64,000 nucleotides of DNA from NCBI RefSeq assembly GCF_006345805.1, contig NC_043000.1, positions 42,532,001 to 42,596,000 on the forward strand, written 5' to 3'. Source of the DNA: Octopus sinensis. Its lineage: Eukaryota. Positions 25,153 through 39,394 of this stretch are shown piece after piece (the first letter of the stretch is position 1; each line of letters opens with the position of its first letter). The notes under the pieces were generated by a model. It saw only the letters and a list, made by a program, of their open reading frames with translations, was not told the origin of the DNA and made no database searches. A program made the position numbers and the translations under genes.

Positions 25153-26637
25153 TACTATTTAGTCGTAGTATAGTAGTACTATTATTATTGTCATCATCAT
25201 TACATTCTCATTATTTTATTCATGCAAATAATGTTTCTGTTATATGGTTTATTACATTATTCGATGAAAAATTCAATTATTTATGTGTGCGTGTATGTTT
25301 ATTTGTGTGCATTTTCTCAAATTATAGTAAATATGTTAAATTATGATCCGTTGCAAGCAAAATATCTCTGAGGCGTTTCATTTATAATTTCTCGTTTGTA
25401 TTTATACAGTTTGTAAAATACTTTATCTTCGTGTATTAAAAAGACGAATTTATCATTTACTTTTCAATTGAAATCATTTTATTTTACTGTTTGATTAGCA
25501 TGAAATTAACTTCATATTTGAGGAATGGTTTATACAATTAATTATTCTATAATTTTGTTTTTGCTTATTCGTTCGTGTGAGTCTCTATTTTTTATTTTAA
25601 TTCTAATCTAGATTTCTCTCTGATTTTTCGATTTGATGCTAAGATTTTCATTAAGGTTTTCATGCTGGGAGGCATTTCTATACGCTAACATTTATTAGTT
25701 TAAAATTATCTTTAATTCAATTCTTTTCTTTTTTAAAAATTGTTGAGTTAAAACTCTATATGTCGAATGTTAAGTATATAGCAAAATGAAACGATATTCA
25801 TATATCTTCTATGGCTTAATTATGTTATAAGAATCTGTGTTGTAACAACCTGCTTAGCCCAATTCAGCTCTGACTACAATGTTGAATGTATCATTGTTCA
25901 TGTAAGACATTAGGCTGTTTTGAAAGAGTTTTTACTGCTGCTACTTGCAATTCAAATAACCACATAGAAATTTCCCGTTGGCTCTTTTAACATAGCTTCA
26001 CTATCGTCGAGTTAGTGTTGTAAGAAGTGATGTTACTGTTAGTGGTAATCTAGAATCCAGAAGGATAATTAAATCACTGATGAAAATGAAATTGTCTTTA
26101 TAAACATCTTGGGCAAATCACAAAGGCATCACTAGATCTCTCTCTGCATAGAATTGGCTTGAAACACATAAATTTCACGGAGCATTACTGTAACAAGATG
26201 TAGATTTTCCACCTCATATTAGATCAGTCCAGCGAGGAGGCTTGAACTAGTGAGGAAGTATCAACTCTATCACTCGACAAAGCATAAGCAACATCGAAAT
26301 CCTCTTTGAATTCAACCCTACTCATTAAAAGCTAGTAAGAGAGCCTTAACATAAGCAACAGCAAAGTGTTCCTTATATCATAACATTTTAAAAAAAGGAC
26401 AGGTTAGTTAATATGGTCTTAGATATTCATAAAAACCCCGGTTGCTACAATGTTTTTAATTATAGGGAATCTAGACAAATATTAAAGGAAAATAAATGAT
26501 AATATCTTTACAGCTGGATTGAATTGCGTCTCATTCGCTACCGACAATTATCAAACATTACAAGATAATGAATACTGATATTTAGGATTGTCGCAATTCT
26601 AAATATATTTACTCAATGATGTAAGAAAACTTAATAC

Positions 26638-26845
26638 TGGTTTCAGATTTTGGCACAAGGCCAGCGATTTTTGAGGACGGGGTAAGTCGATTAAATAGAC
26701 CCTAATGCTTAATTGGCACTTATTTCATCGGCTCTGAAGAGCAGAGTTGACCGTGGCGGCAATTGAAATCAAAATGTAAAGACGGACGAAATGTCTCTAA
26801 GCATTTTGCCTATAGTGGTAATGATTCTACCTAGCTCGCCGCCTT
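26638..26845 (-). mobile_element. SINE family A
   Basis: Ends AGCTCGCCGCCTT; contains ACTTATTTCATCG and GGCACAAGGCC. Confidence 0.8.
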
Positions 26846-27081
26846 GAGAAAACTTAATATGGCCATATTTTGAAACAGAAATTGATGTTTTTTATTCATA
26901 AAATATTCATGCATTTTAGAAAAAAAAAGAGGAAAAATATATTCCAAAAATGACCGGTTCAAGTAGTAACGTGCAAGAATGCTAGGAAATGCGTAAAATT
27001 TAGCACAGACGTTTCAAAAGTAGCTGATTGTGTAAGAAGAAAATGTAAACTTAGTTTGTAAATTACACAGACACACACACA

Positions 27082-27130
<49 letters not shown>

Positions 27131-29555
27131 TTATATGTGCATATATACATACATATCTAGTTGTCTATTTCTCTATGCATGTACCTAAGTATATATATGA
27201 TCATTGCCAATGGCGGAGTCGACTATATTTTTGGGGTTGAAAATTTAATACGATTTTCAGTGTGATTCTTACAATTAAAAACCGAAACTTTGGAGTAGCA
27301 TATTGTTGAATTGGAAGGAAAAAGAAAATATATGCGTAGAGTCCTGAAAGTATTATATCTGAAACTTGAAGTCCAGCCTGGTAATCATAGAAGTTTGTTT
27401 TGAATTAACAGAGCTTAATTTCCGAAGTGTTAATGAAAAAATAAACAAATAATTCTTCAATATGAAAACATTAAATGAAAGTGATATAAACGATTAGATC
27501 ATAAGTAAATCCTTATTGAATGTAGTATCTAAATGGCATGTCAGCGTCACAGGCATTTTAAGTGGCTTAATTAGGAGTCTGATACCTGAGTCAAGAATAA
27601 ACGCTACCTTCAAACCAGAAACATGGTACTCATCTTTTCAAAAGCTAAGGATAGTCAAGGAATAAGAACGTTACTTTCGACGGGTTTGTGCACAACTTCC
27701 GTCCACCTAATTTCCACCACAAGTTTTGTTCGACCCGATGCTACGGTAGGATCCCCTAGTAATGCGCTTTGAGATGAAACCTGAAATTATGTCGTTCTGT
27801 AACAACCTTCTTAACCATACAGACATCACTATGGCAGCTTCGGCAAACATGCCAAAACACTTTTGTAAAACACGACTACTACTTTCAATCATGAAATTAA
27901 ATGTTACTTAAAAATTAGGAATATAAGCTAGTTAAATGATTTCTTTATGAAATTAGTTTGTGCTATGTTTATTCTGAGATTATAAAGTTGTGAATGATAA
28001 CACACACACAAAAATAATGAACGGATTACTAATAAAATTTTCATTGAGAGAGCTTTTATGCTTCTGCTTACCGTAAAAAAACAAACCAGCCAAAGTTGCT
28101 CTCGGCCACAATCTGCTAGCTGTTTTGGATCCTGGCGGCTTTATTGCGTATAGAGCGTATCCCAGGTATCCCAAATGCTGGTATCAGCAATGATTCTGAA
28201 AATGTACTGTGTCATAATGTGTTGTAAGAAGGGAGTCACGACTGCCGTATTTTTCTAAATCTGCTATAATATTCTCGGATTACTCTTTCTATGATCACAA
28301 CTCCTGCTTATGATATATTCACATTAATGCTTTTGTATTCCTTTTGTGGGGTTATTTGTGTAAACAAGGAGAGATAAAGAGACTGTTGAAACACAGGTTT
28401 TAGATTTGAGGTATTAGTTTCCCACTTTCAACAGTCATATACAATTAGTTCTTTTACTCAAATCGTATCCTTATGTCTACTGAAAATATAACTAGTAAGT
28501 TCATCTAGTTTTGGTTATTGTAATCATTTTTAGCATTGATTTTCAGGTAAACCATAAAGAAATTAAGGGTAACACTGGTATCTCTGGCAGTTGTGAAACT
28601 CAGAATGTAGCCATTAGAATTTTGTGAAAGAAATGATACTGGATTTAATGTCAAAATAAACAAAATTATAGAATAGGTGTTTCTTTCGAATATTCCCTTT
28701 GAAATAATTATAACATCTGAGAATATCGTTCCGTTTCTTGTAATTGTGCGAATTTTTGCTCAGGCTTTCGTGTGTCGCTCAATAGCGGCAACTTGGCTAG
28801 CAGATACTGCCAAGTACATAATCTTCAAATAAGAGTGAGGAACATAGTTGAATTCTTTCTTATAATCAAACCAGACTATCACAACATTTCTTCAACGTTC
28901 TCTTTATATGGATAACAGGACTGTTTTGATAAATAGCTGCACCGTTTATATACATTAAAAAAATTGTTCGACGCATCCTCAGGCTCTCTTCTTTTCACCT
29001 ATCTGCTTAGCAGTCACTACTCGTTCGGCTCAAAATGATTCGGGAGGAATTAATTGAAGCAGCCTGTATAAAGCGTGTACGTTATGTTTAGGTGAGCAAA
29101 GGGTCTTTAATTAATTGACAATTAACTGGTTTCGTTCTACAAGATTTGGTATCTCAGCCTGGACTTCTGTTGGTCTTTTGAATATACATGTTAATGGGTT
29201 TCTGTAGACGATCATTCTCTTGAATCAGTCTCCACCATCAGTCTTCCAGGTGCTTGTCTACAACTGTGCTGCATGTTTCAGAAGCAATTTGATGTATTTT
29301 ACTGTCGATGTTGACAAAGAATTCTCTCCTAAGTATCCTTTACTGTCATGCTAACCCCGTCCCGCATCACAGACAATCATTTTTTTGTTTACCAAATCCA
29401 ACTGACTGTTACGTATTTCTTTCTCCAGTTCTAGACAAGTTATGTGCCTTCAGTCATTTGAATCTGACGAGTCGCCTATACTGCTAAGCGCTTTATAGGT
29501 ACCAAACCAATGGTCACTCTATGATTTCTAACTTCCAAAAACTATATATTACTGC

Positions 29556-29763
29556 GTTTTTGGATTTGGTTTGCAAGATTCTTTATATGAGTTCGTGTGT
29601 TGAAACATATTTTGTTGTGTCTGGGGAGAGTCGTTTTCTTTTTGTGCCTTATAATGTAACACACTCACCGGTGAAATTTTCACTTATTTCTTATTTAACA
29701 CACCAGTGAGTGTGTTACATTATAAGGCACAAAAATAAAATGACTCCCCCCAGACACAAAAGA
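29556..29763. mobile_element. 208-bp insertion with a 67-bp fold-back and a 12-bp TSD
   Basis: Arms at 29607-29673 and 29701-29767. ATATATTACTGC occurs at 29544-29555 and 29764-29775. Confidence 0.75.
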
Positions 29764-29822
29764 ATATATTACTGCTTTAATGCTTTAGAGTGTGCTTCCT
29801 TTCCGGATACATGAACTACTGA

Positions 29823-29863
<41 letters not shown>

Positions 29864-29866
<3 letters not shown>

Positions 29867-31142
29867 GCATACATACATAAATACATACATATATACATAC
29901 ATACAAACATACATACATACTTACATACAGACATTTATGCATGATTTATATTTCTACACACACATGCACACAGACGTATATATATATATATATATATATT
30001 TGTGTGTGTGTGTGTGTGTATCTATATACATGTATATATGCACATGACACGTGTGTATGTATAAGCTTGTGTTATGGTATCCAAAAATATTTCATCAAAA
30101 CTTAATAAATAGCCCATATTTTATTTTTACTCTTTTTTTTTCTATTACATCAGTTCCGTATAATGAACGTTGATTTTTCTCTCGGCTACAGCTTGGTTTG
30201 CAATTTCTCTCATTACTTAAACATCTTAGATTATTTCTTCATGTTTTATTTTAGTTTTTACTGTATTTATTATTTTTATTTTTGTTTTGTCTAGCAATTT
30301 CTTTGTTTATCCAATTACATTTGCTTTTCATCTTTCATAAACTGTTTAACGAACTATTAAAAATCAATACAAGCGAAGAACGAAGTAAATATATTTTCGT
30401 AATGATATAAATATCAGGCTATAGCCTTTAGGTGATTCAAATTAGTCGACGGAAATTTAACATTATTTTTAGGCATTCCATTCTGTTATTATTAGTATTG
30501 CTTCTTTTTTTTTATTTGTGTGTGCATGTCCGTGTGTATGTGCGCGCGCGCGCGTTTTCTACTTGGCTGCACTACCAAGATGGACCACACAAATATTGAT
30601 TTGCAATAGTGGCGCAAGGCCACACAATTGTTAGAGAAGTGTGTAGATGATTTAATTGAACCCTCGTAAGAATCAAGAGTAAATACCATTTCAGCGTTAT
30701 TTGAACTTATGAAGTAAAAGAACGTAACTACATAGCGTGTTTCTAGTATAGAAAGAAGTCACCATGTGTTTAATCGATTACCTATCGTCTTCACATTTTC
30801 ACTGTAAATTCTTCGGTTAGAGGAAGGCCAAATATAAATTCGATTTGAACTCACAACTTAGGGTACTGAAATAGTTCGAAGTGGAGATATTTTTTATGTC
30901 TACCGACTTCGCTAGTAGTCATTATTTCTGGCCTTTCCAAAATTCAATTTTTTTACATAGGCACGTTTGTTAAAAAGCAATATAAATATTGGATCAATCA
31001 TGTTGCACGACCAGCTCTCATTATATACATCCGGAAGGATGTAAGTCAATCTTGGATAGGATTATCTCGAAAAGGAAATTAAATGAAACGAAAATATTCT
31101 TCTAGTTTCTGGGAAAACATTGTCATAAAAAAATCCGCCGTA

Positions 31143-31180
<38 letters not shown>

Positions 31181-32451
31181 GCATACATACATAAATACAT
31201 ACATATATACATACATACAAACATACATACATACTTACATACAGACATTTATGCATGATTTATATTTCTACACACACATGCACACAGACGTATATATATA
31301 TATATATATATTTGTGTGTGTGTGTGTGTGTATCTATATACATGTATATATGCACATGACACGTGTGTATGTATAAGCTTGTGTTATGGTATCCAAAAAT
31401 ATTTCATCAAAACTTAATAAATAGCCCATATTTTATTTTTACTCTTTTTTTTTCTATTACATCAGTTCTGTATAATGAACGTTGATTTTTCTCTCGGCTA
31501 CAGCTTGGTTTGCAAATTCTCTCATTACTTAAACATCTTAGATTATTTCTTCATGTTTTATTTTAGTTTTTACTGTATTTATTATTTTTATTTTTGTTTT
31601 GTCTAGCAATTTCTTTGTTTATCCAATTACATTTGCTTTTCATCTTTCATAAACTGTTTAACGAACTATTAAAAATCAATACAAGCGAAGAACGAAGTAA
31701 ATATATTTTCGTAATGATATAAATATCAGGCTATAGCCTTAGGTGATTCAAATTAGTCGACGGAAATTTAACATTATTTTTAGGCATTCCATTCTGTTAT
31801 TATTAGTATTGCTTCTTTTTTTTTATTTGTGTGTGCATGTCCGTGTGTATGTGCGCGCGCGCGCGTTTTCTACTTGGCTGCACTACCAAGATGGACCACA
31901 CAAATATTGATTTGCAATAGTGGCGCAAGGCCACACAATTGTTAGAGAAGTGTGTAGATGATTTAATTGAACCCTCGTAAGAATCAAGAGTAAATACCAT
32001 TTCAGCGTTATTTGAACTTATGAAGTAAAAGAACGTAACTACATAGCGTGTTTCTAGTATAGAAAGAAGTCACCATGTGTTTAATCGATTACCTATCGTC
32101 TTCACATTTTCACTGTAAATTCTTCGGTTAGAGGAAGGCCAAATATAAATTCGATTTGAACTCACAACTTAGGGTACTGAAATAGTTCGAAGTGGAGATA
32201 TTTTTTATGTCTACCGACTTCGCTAGTAGTCATTATTTCTGGCCTTTCCAAAATTCAATTTTTTTACATAGGCACGTTTGTTAAAAAGCAATATAAATTA
32301 TTGGATCAATCATGTTGCACGACCAGCTCTCATTATATACATCCGGAAGGATGTAAGTCAATCTTGGATAGGATTATCTCGAAAAGGAAATTAAATGAAA
32401 CGAAAATATTCTTCTAGTTTCTGGGAAAACATTGTCATAAAAAAATCCGCC

Positions 32452-32452
<1 letters not shown>
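29864..32452. repeat. ~1.31-kb tandem duplication (29864-31140 and 31178-32452) bounded by (TA)n tracts
   Basis: The two copies are identical except for a few SNPs or indels. Identical ORFs at 30492 and 31803 are offset by 1311 bp. Confidence 0.95.
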
Positions 32453-32486
<34 letters not shown>

Positions 32487-32737
32487 CATACACATATATA
32501 TGTGTATGTATGTGTGAGTATATAGATGTATATAATATATATGTATATATATGCATACATATATACATATATACATGTATATATATATGTATATATATAA
32601 ACGTATATACATATATGCATACATATATATGTATATATGTATTATATAGATGTTTGTGCATATATATGTGTAAATATGTGTGTGTGCACACTTATGTATA
32701 TGTATATATACATACATGTATATATATATATATACAT

Positions 32738-32786
<49 letters not shown>

Positions 32787-33174
32787 CGTGTTATATTACG
32801 ATATAATCAGGTAGGATTGCCAATAAATCATCGTGGTTGAACGTTGTTGGATGTTTCTTGGACTACGTGACGCAGTAAATAATTTGCGGTGAAATATGAT
32901 ATCTTGCTGAAATTAAGTTCAAACCATGCCCCTGTCACCTACATAAAATGTCTTAACCTAACTTTATTCAGAACAGAAGTTTCCTAAGTCTACGTAGTGC
33001 TTACTGCAATAATAAGTTATACATGCATGACCTAAACAATAAACTGATATTTATTTAGCTTTCTGTTCTGAAAAATGAACTGAGTTTGGGTACTGCAAAC
33101 CAATACATTGCCAGTGTTCGATGTACATCAGATACTTCACAAGTGGCTGATTGTCATTCAACCATTTCCGAACT

Positions 33175-33175
<1 letters not shown>

Positions 33176-33241
<66 letters not shown>

Positions 33242-33262
33242 CAGCAGCAACAGCAGCAGTAG
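33176..33262. repeat. (TAG)n/(CAG)n microsatellite
   Basis: Directly visible. Confidence 0.95.
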
Positions 33263-35279
33263 CTTAGGACCAGGTAGGTTCTAATCGAGCAGTCCAATAA
33301 TCAAATTCATTCCTTTCATCACTATTACGTTCTGTTCACATTCACAGTGCATTTAGAGCCATATATTATCCAGCGTATCCTTTCCAAAATCTCACGTCAA
33401 TGCCCGAGTATAACTTGTCTTCACGTCTTGCAGATGGAGTGACTGGGTAAAATCTCCCTTCTTTGGATCGACCGTTAATATTCTTATCATGAATATAATT
33501 GTTTGTTTCTTTTCGTTAATTAGTCAGTGGTGAGGAAGTGCTCGATCATGACTTGTATGAGGTCTTTATCTCGTTAGATTTTGTGATAACAATTAATAAG
33601 ATTTGTGCAGCTGATTTTAAGTGTGAACATTTCTAGGTTGAAATGTATAAGGAAAATGTAGGTCTGTGGAGACTTCTGTAAGTATGTAGCTGTGCGAAAA
33701 TCAAACATGATTGGACGATATGTTTAAAGTATAATTTGTATATATACAATACTACACTATTCGATGTATCTCTCTGGCTTTTATTGACAGTAGTCTTTTT
33801 GTTGAGATCAGTTTTGCTTCTCTTTCTAGTACGTCATCTATTCATTGGTTTGCTACATCGTTTCGATAAATGATCCACTTACTTTCTATTGATACAGAAA
33901 AGGCTGTTAAAAATATAAAAAGAGTAAGGGCGACGATATTTTTCCCGGCTCTCGTCAGTGTTAATTCAAATCTAGTCGAGTTCAGCTTTGCTTTTAATCA
34001 TTTAGAGTCGATAAATACTGTACCAGTCCACAGCAGTGATTTATGGGAAATTTTAGAGCTTTGGGCTGGATACTTCCCTGTGTTTATGTTTATTTTGTGC
34101 GCTTTGAGTCCAAAATCCACCTAAATGGTAGTTGTAGTAAAGATTCCTCCTCTGGGTTTACAAGACCCTCTGCCACCACCCCACAAAAGAAGAAAAAAAA
34201 CGTAAAATATATGACATTAAACTCAAAAGTTTAGCAGTGACCGTCCGGTTTTGTGGGTGGAATAAGGATGGGATTAAGTTCTTCGCTTGTTTAACAACAA
34301 AATGTTTTACGAATACATTCGTTTCCATATTAAGGTTCTTTCATTGACTCGATGGTGAGACATTGAAAAGAAACTTATAAATATTTATTTGTTTGTCTGA
34401 CAATATGTGTATGCGTCTATATTTATAAGCATACATTGCTATCGGTATCTGTGAATATTCCACGCTGAGTTTGAAAACCTTAGGAGTGCTTGAAGTTTAT
34501 ATAGAACCACAAAATACGCAATATATTTCGAAATAATTTCCCCCAAGCCTTTGATTCTTATGACGGTGCAGATTCCACATAGATGGCTCTGAAGGAGCAG
34601 GCTTAGTAGAAAATATTTTTTAGATATATTTTACTTGTCATTTATTAATCAACTGTTTTAACTTGAAAATTGTTATTTATTAGTTTTATCGTTAATAAGT
34701 GAATACACTCTAGAAACAGCAACTGACAATTTTCAATATGAAAATAGTAGCTCAATTAATTATAGTCTTCCAATTAAAACTGTTATTAAGATTATGTATT
34801 TAAGGAATAGTTTAAATAAAAAATGCTTTAAACAATCTCAAAAAGATTGGGTTTAAGTACCTATTTAAGTTTTTGGACTACATTATCTAATATAATTCTC
34901 AATTTTTAGAACTAAAATGTTTAATTTGAGGTATAATTGATGCTGTTTTACCTAGATTGAGCGAACACATGCGAACTACATAAATGCATTGTTGTTGCAA
35001 AGCCATTGTTGCTAATCGAGCAGATCAATGATTGGTCATGTCCATCTGGTTTATTAAGAGATTCTGGGGTTAAATTAACTAAAATATTCTTTGCTCCGTG
35101 ACTTAAAGATTTGGCTGCTTTTTCTGACATGTGAGCGACCACATAGAAACCCTCCATTGGCTTGATACTGAGAGATGAAATAGGTAGGAGATTCTTATAT
35201 AAACATGTGTGTCTAGCAGAGTGTGTTTGAGGATGTGTGAGTTACTTTATGTTCAATTTTTTTTTAATAGGCATGAATT

Positions 35280-35699
35280 ACCTATTTCTTTACTACCCAC
35301 AAGGGGCTAAACACAGAGGGGGCGAACAAGGACAGACAAAGGGATTAAGTCGATTACATCGACCCCAGTGCGTAACTGGTACTTATTAAATCGACCCCGA
35401 AAGGATGAAAGGCAAAGTCGACCTCGGCGGAATTTGAACTCAGAACGTGGCGGCAGACGAAATACCTATTTCTTTACTACCCACAAGGGGCTAAACACAG
35501 AGGGGACGAACAAGGATAGACAAACGGATTAAGTCGATTACATCGTCCCCAGTGCGTAACTGGTACTTATTAAATCGACCCCGAAAGGATGAAAGGCAAA
35601 GTCGGCCTCGGCAGAATTTGAACTTAGAACGCAACGGCAGACGAAATACCGCTAAGCGTTTCGCCCGGCGTGTTAACGTTTCTGCCAGCTCGCCGCCTT
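35280..35699 (-). mobile_element. SINE family A: full copy (35464-35699) fused to a headless second body (35280-35463)
   Basis: Two ~185-bp near-identical bodies with a single head (CCAGCTCGCCGCCTT). Confidence 0.92.
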
Positions 35700-37799
35700 A
35701 TTACCGTCAGTACCCGTAGATATTCTTTGGTAATTCTGAATAGCAAATGAAAGACCTTAGCAATCTATCATATAATTCTGCCACTGCGCGACTGCGTCAG
35801 TAACATATCTCAATGCGCTGTTTTACATCCTTATTTTTACGTCGAAGAACGAAGTAGTCTGTTTATTTTACTGTGGAATGTACAAAATTGTATACATGTA
35901 TGCCTGCGTATAAGTATGTATATCTCTGTGTATATATGTTATGTATGTATGTATGTATTTATGTATGTATGTATTTATGTATGTATGTATGTATTTATGT
36001 ATGTGAACTGAGTTAACAATTCTACTATATGCACTAGGCCTAAAAGTATGGGGATTGGGCTACTCGATTACATCGACTCCAGGACTTGACTCGTTAGATT
36101 TAGATGAGTAGATCGTAGCAGATGATTTTCGAACATATTTTATTTTCATTCTTTCTGGCTTAGGAAAGTCTAAGAGTTGATTTTTTCGTCCGTCCAAAGT
36201 GTTACTAACGCTAACATATTCGGATTACTTTGCAATTACTTTAATTGAAAGATATCAGATCAAACCAATTGCAGTGTATTTTAGAACCAAAGTAAATGAA
36301 AGACAAACTGACTCACCAAGCTGCAAAGTAGCAACGGTTTCATTGGAGACTGGATATTTAACCGATTCATTAGTATAAATGTGGCTTTCTTTGAGTTGTT
36401 ACTAAGTCAATAGTTCATATTATATATTAGCTAAAGATGTTGGATTTATAACCAGCAATGAATGTTTGGTTTCAAGCATACAATAAATGTACAACGTCAA
36501 CGATAGAAATAACAAAGATTAAAGGCAAGTGAGTAAATTCTTTATATTTTTAACAGCCTTTTCTGTATCAATAGAAAGTAAGTGAATCATTTATTGAAAC
36601 GATGAATGGATGACCTACAAGAAAGAGAAGCGAAACTGATCTCAACTAAAACACTACTGTCAATAAAAGACAGAGAGATACATCGAATAGTGTAGTATTG
36701 CATATATAAAAAGATGGGTTTGTCATAGTTGGAACTTTTTGAATTTATGGTTCCTTGATCATGAGTAATTCGAAGCAAACGACAAACATTTTAGATTTAG
36801 TTTCGAGACTGATATATTCACATTGACATTGACCATGAAGCTATCATTCAATCGCTCAAGTGAACTGTTACTCGCTTTGTGAGCAACACTTGTAGAGATT
36901 GTGCAGATATAATTCACACACATACCTCATCTGTTTCTTCAATGCTGTTTGCACTGAGTCATATATTTTAGTTACAATTAATCCTGACAACGAGTTCCAA
37001 CGATCTTCCGATTTCTGATATTTTCTGTTATCTACTTTTTTTTTTATCGTTCTAGTGTTTTATTATATGTTCAGTTCTGCTTTGGTACTGACATATTCGT
37101 TTGATTAGGTCAAAGAAAATTCATCATTTTTCTAAAAATAAATATCATACGCACACACACAAAAAAAAAACGTCACTACACTCAGTAATAAAAAATTATA
37201 CATTTTTCCCGCAATATAAGATACTTATAATGTTTTATTTTTATCTATAGTAAAATTCGCCTAAGTTTAGACTCCATGTGGAGCAAAACTTACCTTTTGA
37301 GACAAAAAAAATGAATTGTAGTAGGTTATTTTATTCCGTTACACATTTCCTGTCGATACAAACAAGAACTAATCTCTCTTTCTCTCTTTCCCCCTTTTAA
37401 AATGTGTTTTATTACGATATAAACTTACACAAACACACAAAAAAATAATAAACTAAGTGATGAAAAAACAATAGTGTTATTTCTTTCATCGTAAACTATT
37501 TTTGAAAACCCACTATTTTACGATTTTTGCTTCCTCGTCTCTATTCACATGATCTCTAGAGGTCATGCGTTGCATAGTCAATTGTTAGAATTCGATTGTT
37601 AAAAAAATATAATGTGTCATGTTCAGTAAAAAAATTGCAGAATACAAAGATAAAGAATCTATATAGCTTAAGTCAAACTAATGTGAAAGTATGGACGTTG
37701 TCGCTCAACCTGCCAGAAATAGCAGCTAAAATCCTCAAAATGTACACCACTCTCGATCGATAAAGTCAGCAATACATTAAATAATGCAATACGGGATCT

Positions 37800-37904
<105 letters not shown>

Positions 37905-38235
37905 AGAAAGAGGAACTTTCTCTTCTAAACATAGGTTTAGCTACCACAGAGCCTTTAAGAGCAGTTCAGCTCCCACCATGCTTTGCTTTTATTTAAACAC
38001 ACCACCCTATTATTTTTGAACAAAATGGTTACTGTTTCAAATAAGTAACGTGATCACATTATTCTTATATATAAAAATAATTTTCTTTAACCAATAAGCT
38101 AACACAATGGAAATGATAAGTAATATATACACATAATTTCGAAATTACAATGTTGATGGAAGTTTGTATTGTAATATAGTCAACGGAGTAGTCATAGTGT
38201 GCAAGTTTATTTGAGTCCGTTCGGAGCAGGTGATA

Positions 38236-38453
38236 TACGAGGTCGTACTAGAAGTTCTTGACTTTGGGTAACAGAAAATACACAAGAGGATCAGTTAATC
38301 GTGGTTTTATTCAACATTTTTCTCTCTCAAATTCACACACTTATTGCAGCAGTCCTTCGGTTTTCTATGCCCTGTAAAAACTCGGAATATTGGGCCTCCA
38401 ACCAGGCATTTCGCGACACCCTTAAAGCCGGGAGCTTTTCAGCACCTCCCGTA
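38236..38453. mobile_element. Mariner-derived MITE with imperfect TIRs and TA flanks
   Basis: TACGAGGTCGTACTAGAAGTTCTTGACTTT versus AAAGCCGGGAGCTTTTCAGCACCTCCCGTA. The interior resembles a transposase C-terminal remnant (minus strand). Confidence 0.65.
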
Positions 38454-39078
38454 AATGCAGCTGATAACTTTCTTGGAAGATGGCAAGAAAGAAAAAGAAG
38501 AAAATTCGTGCAGTAATATAGTTGAAGAATTGAGACGACGGCAAGCAGCAAAATGAATTTCGCTAAAAGTATGCAAAGACCATATGATGATGTTAAACGT
38601 GCTTAATTTGGAAAGTACAGCAGGCAAATATCACAAGGGAAAGGAAACCAGGCCCGATATTTTGACATGTTACGAAGTAATTCTCCTTATTAAGTGACAA
38701 ATATTTAGTTGGGATTGGAAACTTTCATATAAAGATACAAATACGACTGAAAATTATACCTTTCTCTACAAGCCCCAAAATTGTCCAAAAACAAAAACAG
38801 CAACATATGAACGAGTTAATCCAATGTTGCCTACTAGAGTTTCTTATATTTTGCTTGAGTTACATGCCAAGGAGTGGGTTAGAGATATTACAACTGCGAG
38901 TATTATCTTTCTTAAATAAAAGGAAAGATTACTCCAAATGAGGTTTATGATTTAGCTCAACAGAGAATATAAACTGCATGACCAAAATCACCGTTCTGTA
39001 TAGAAGAGATGAGGAATTATGTACATTATTTTCATTATTTACAATTGACGGATATTTGTCCTCATCTTGTTTGCTGTT

Positions 39079-39124
39079 AACACAACGTTTCGGCTGATAT
39101 ACACTCCAGCCTTCATCAGGTGTC
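39079..39124 (-). ncRNA. Minimal type I hammerhead ribozyme (Penelope-type)
   Basis: GACAC-CUGAUGA-a-GGCUG(gaguguauau)CAGCC-GAAA-cg-UU^GUGUU. The palindrome AACGUU replaces stem III. Confidence 0.7.
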
Positions 39125-39224
39125 TTGTGGAAAGTTTGAACCTGTGTTCTCATTCCTAAGGTATTTTTCGATGTTGTTGTTGTTGTTGTTGTTATTATTA
39201 TTACTACTACTACTACTACTACTC

Positions 39225-39317
<93 letters not shown>

Positions 39318-39321
39318 TTCA

Positions 39322-39394
39322 GGTCACTGCCTGGAATCGAACACGGAATCTTGGGGTTAATAGCCCACGCTCTTAACCACTACGCCATATGCCC
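39322..39394 (-). promoter_or_regulatory. tRNA-derived head with Pol III A and B boxes (not a functional tRNA)
   Basis: GGGCATATGGCGTAGTGGTTAAGAGCGTGGGCTATTAACCCCAAGATTCCGTGTTCGATTCCAGGCAGTGACC (73 nt). A-box TGGCGTAGTGG, B-box GTTCGATTCC, mismatched acceptor stem. Confidence 0.8.

Noticed and set aside
39322-39394. Functional tRNA gene
   Set aside because: The acceptor and T stems are mismatched, the anticodon is unusual (ATT), and it is embedded in a TSD-flanked repeat.
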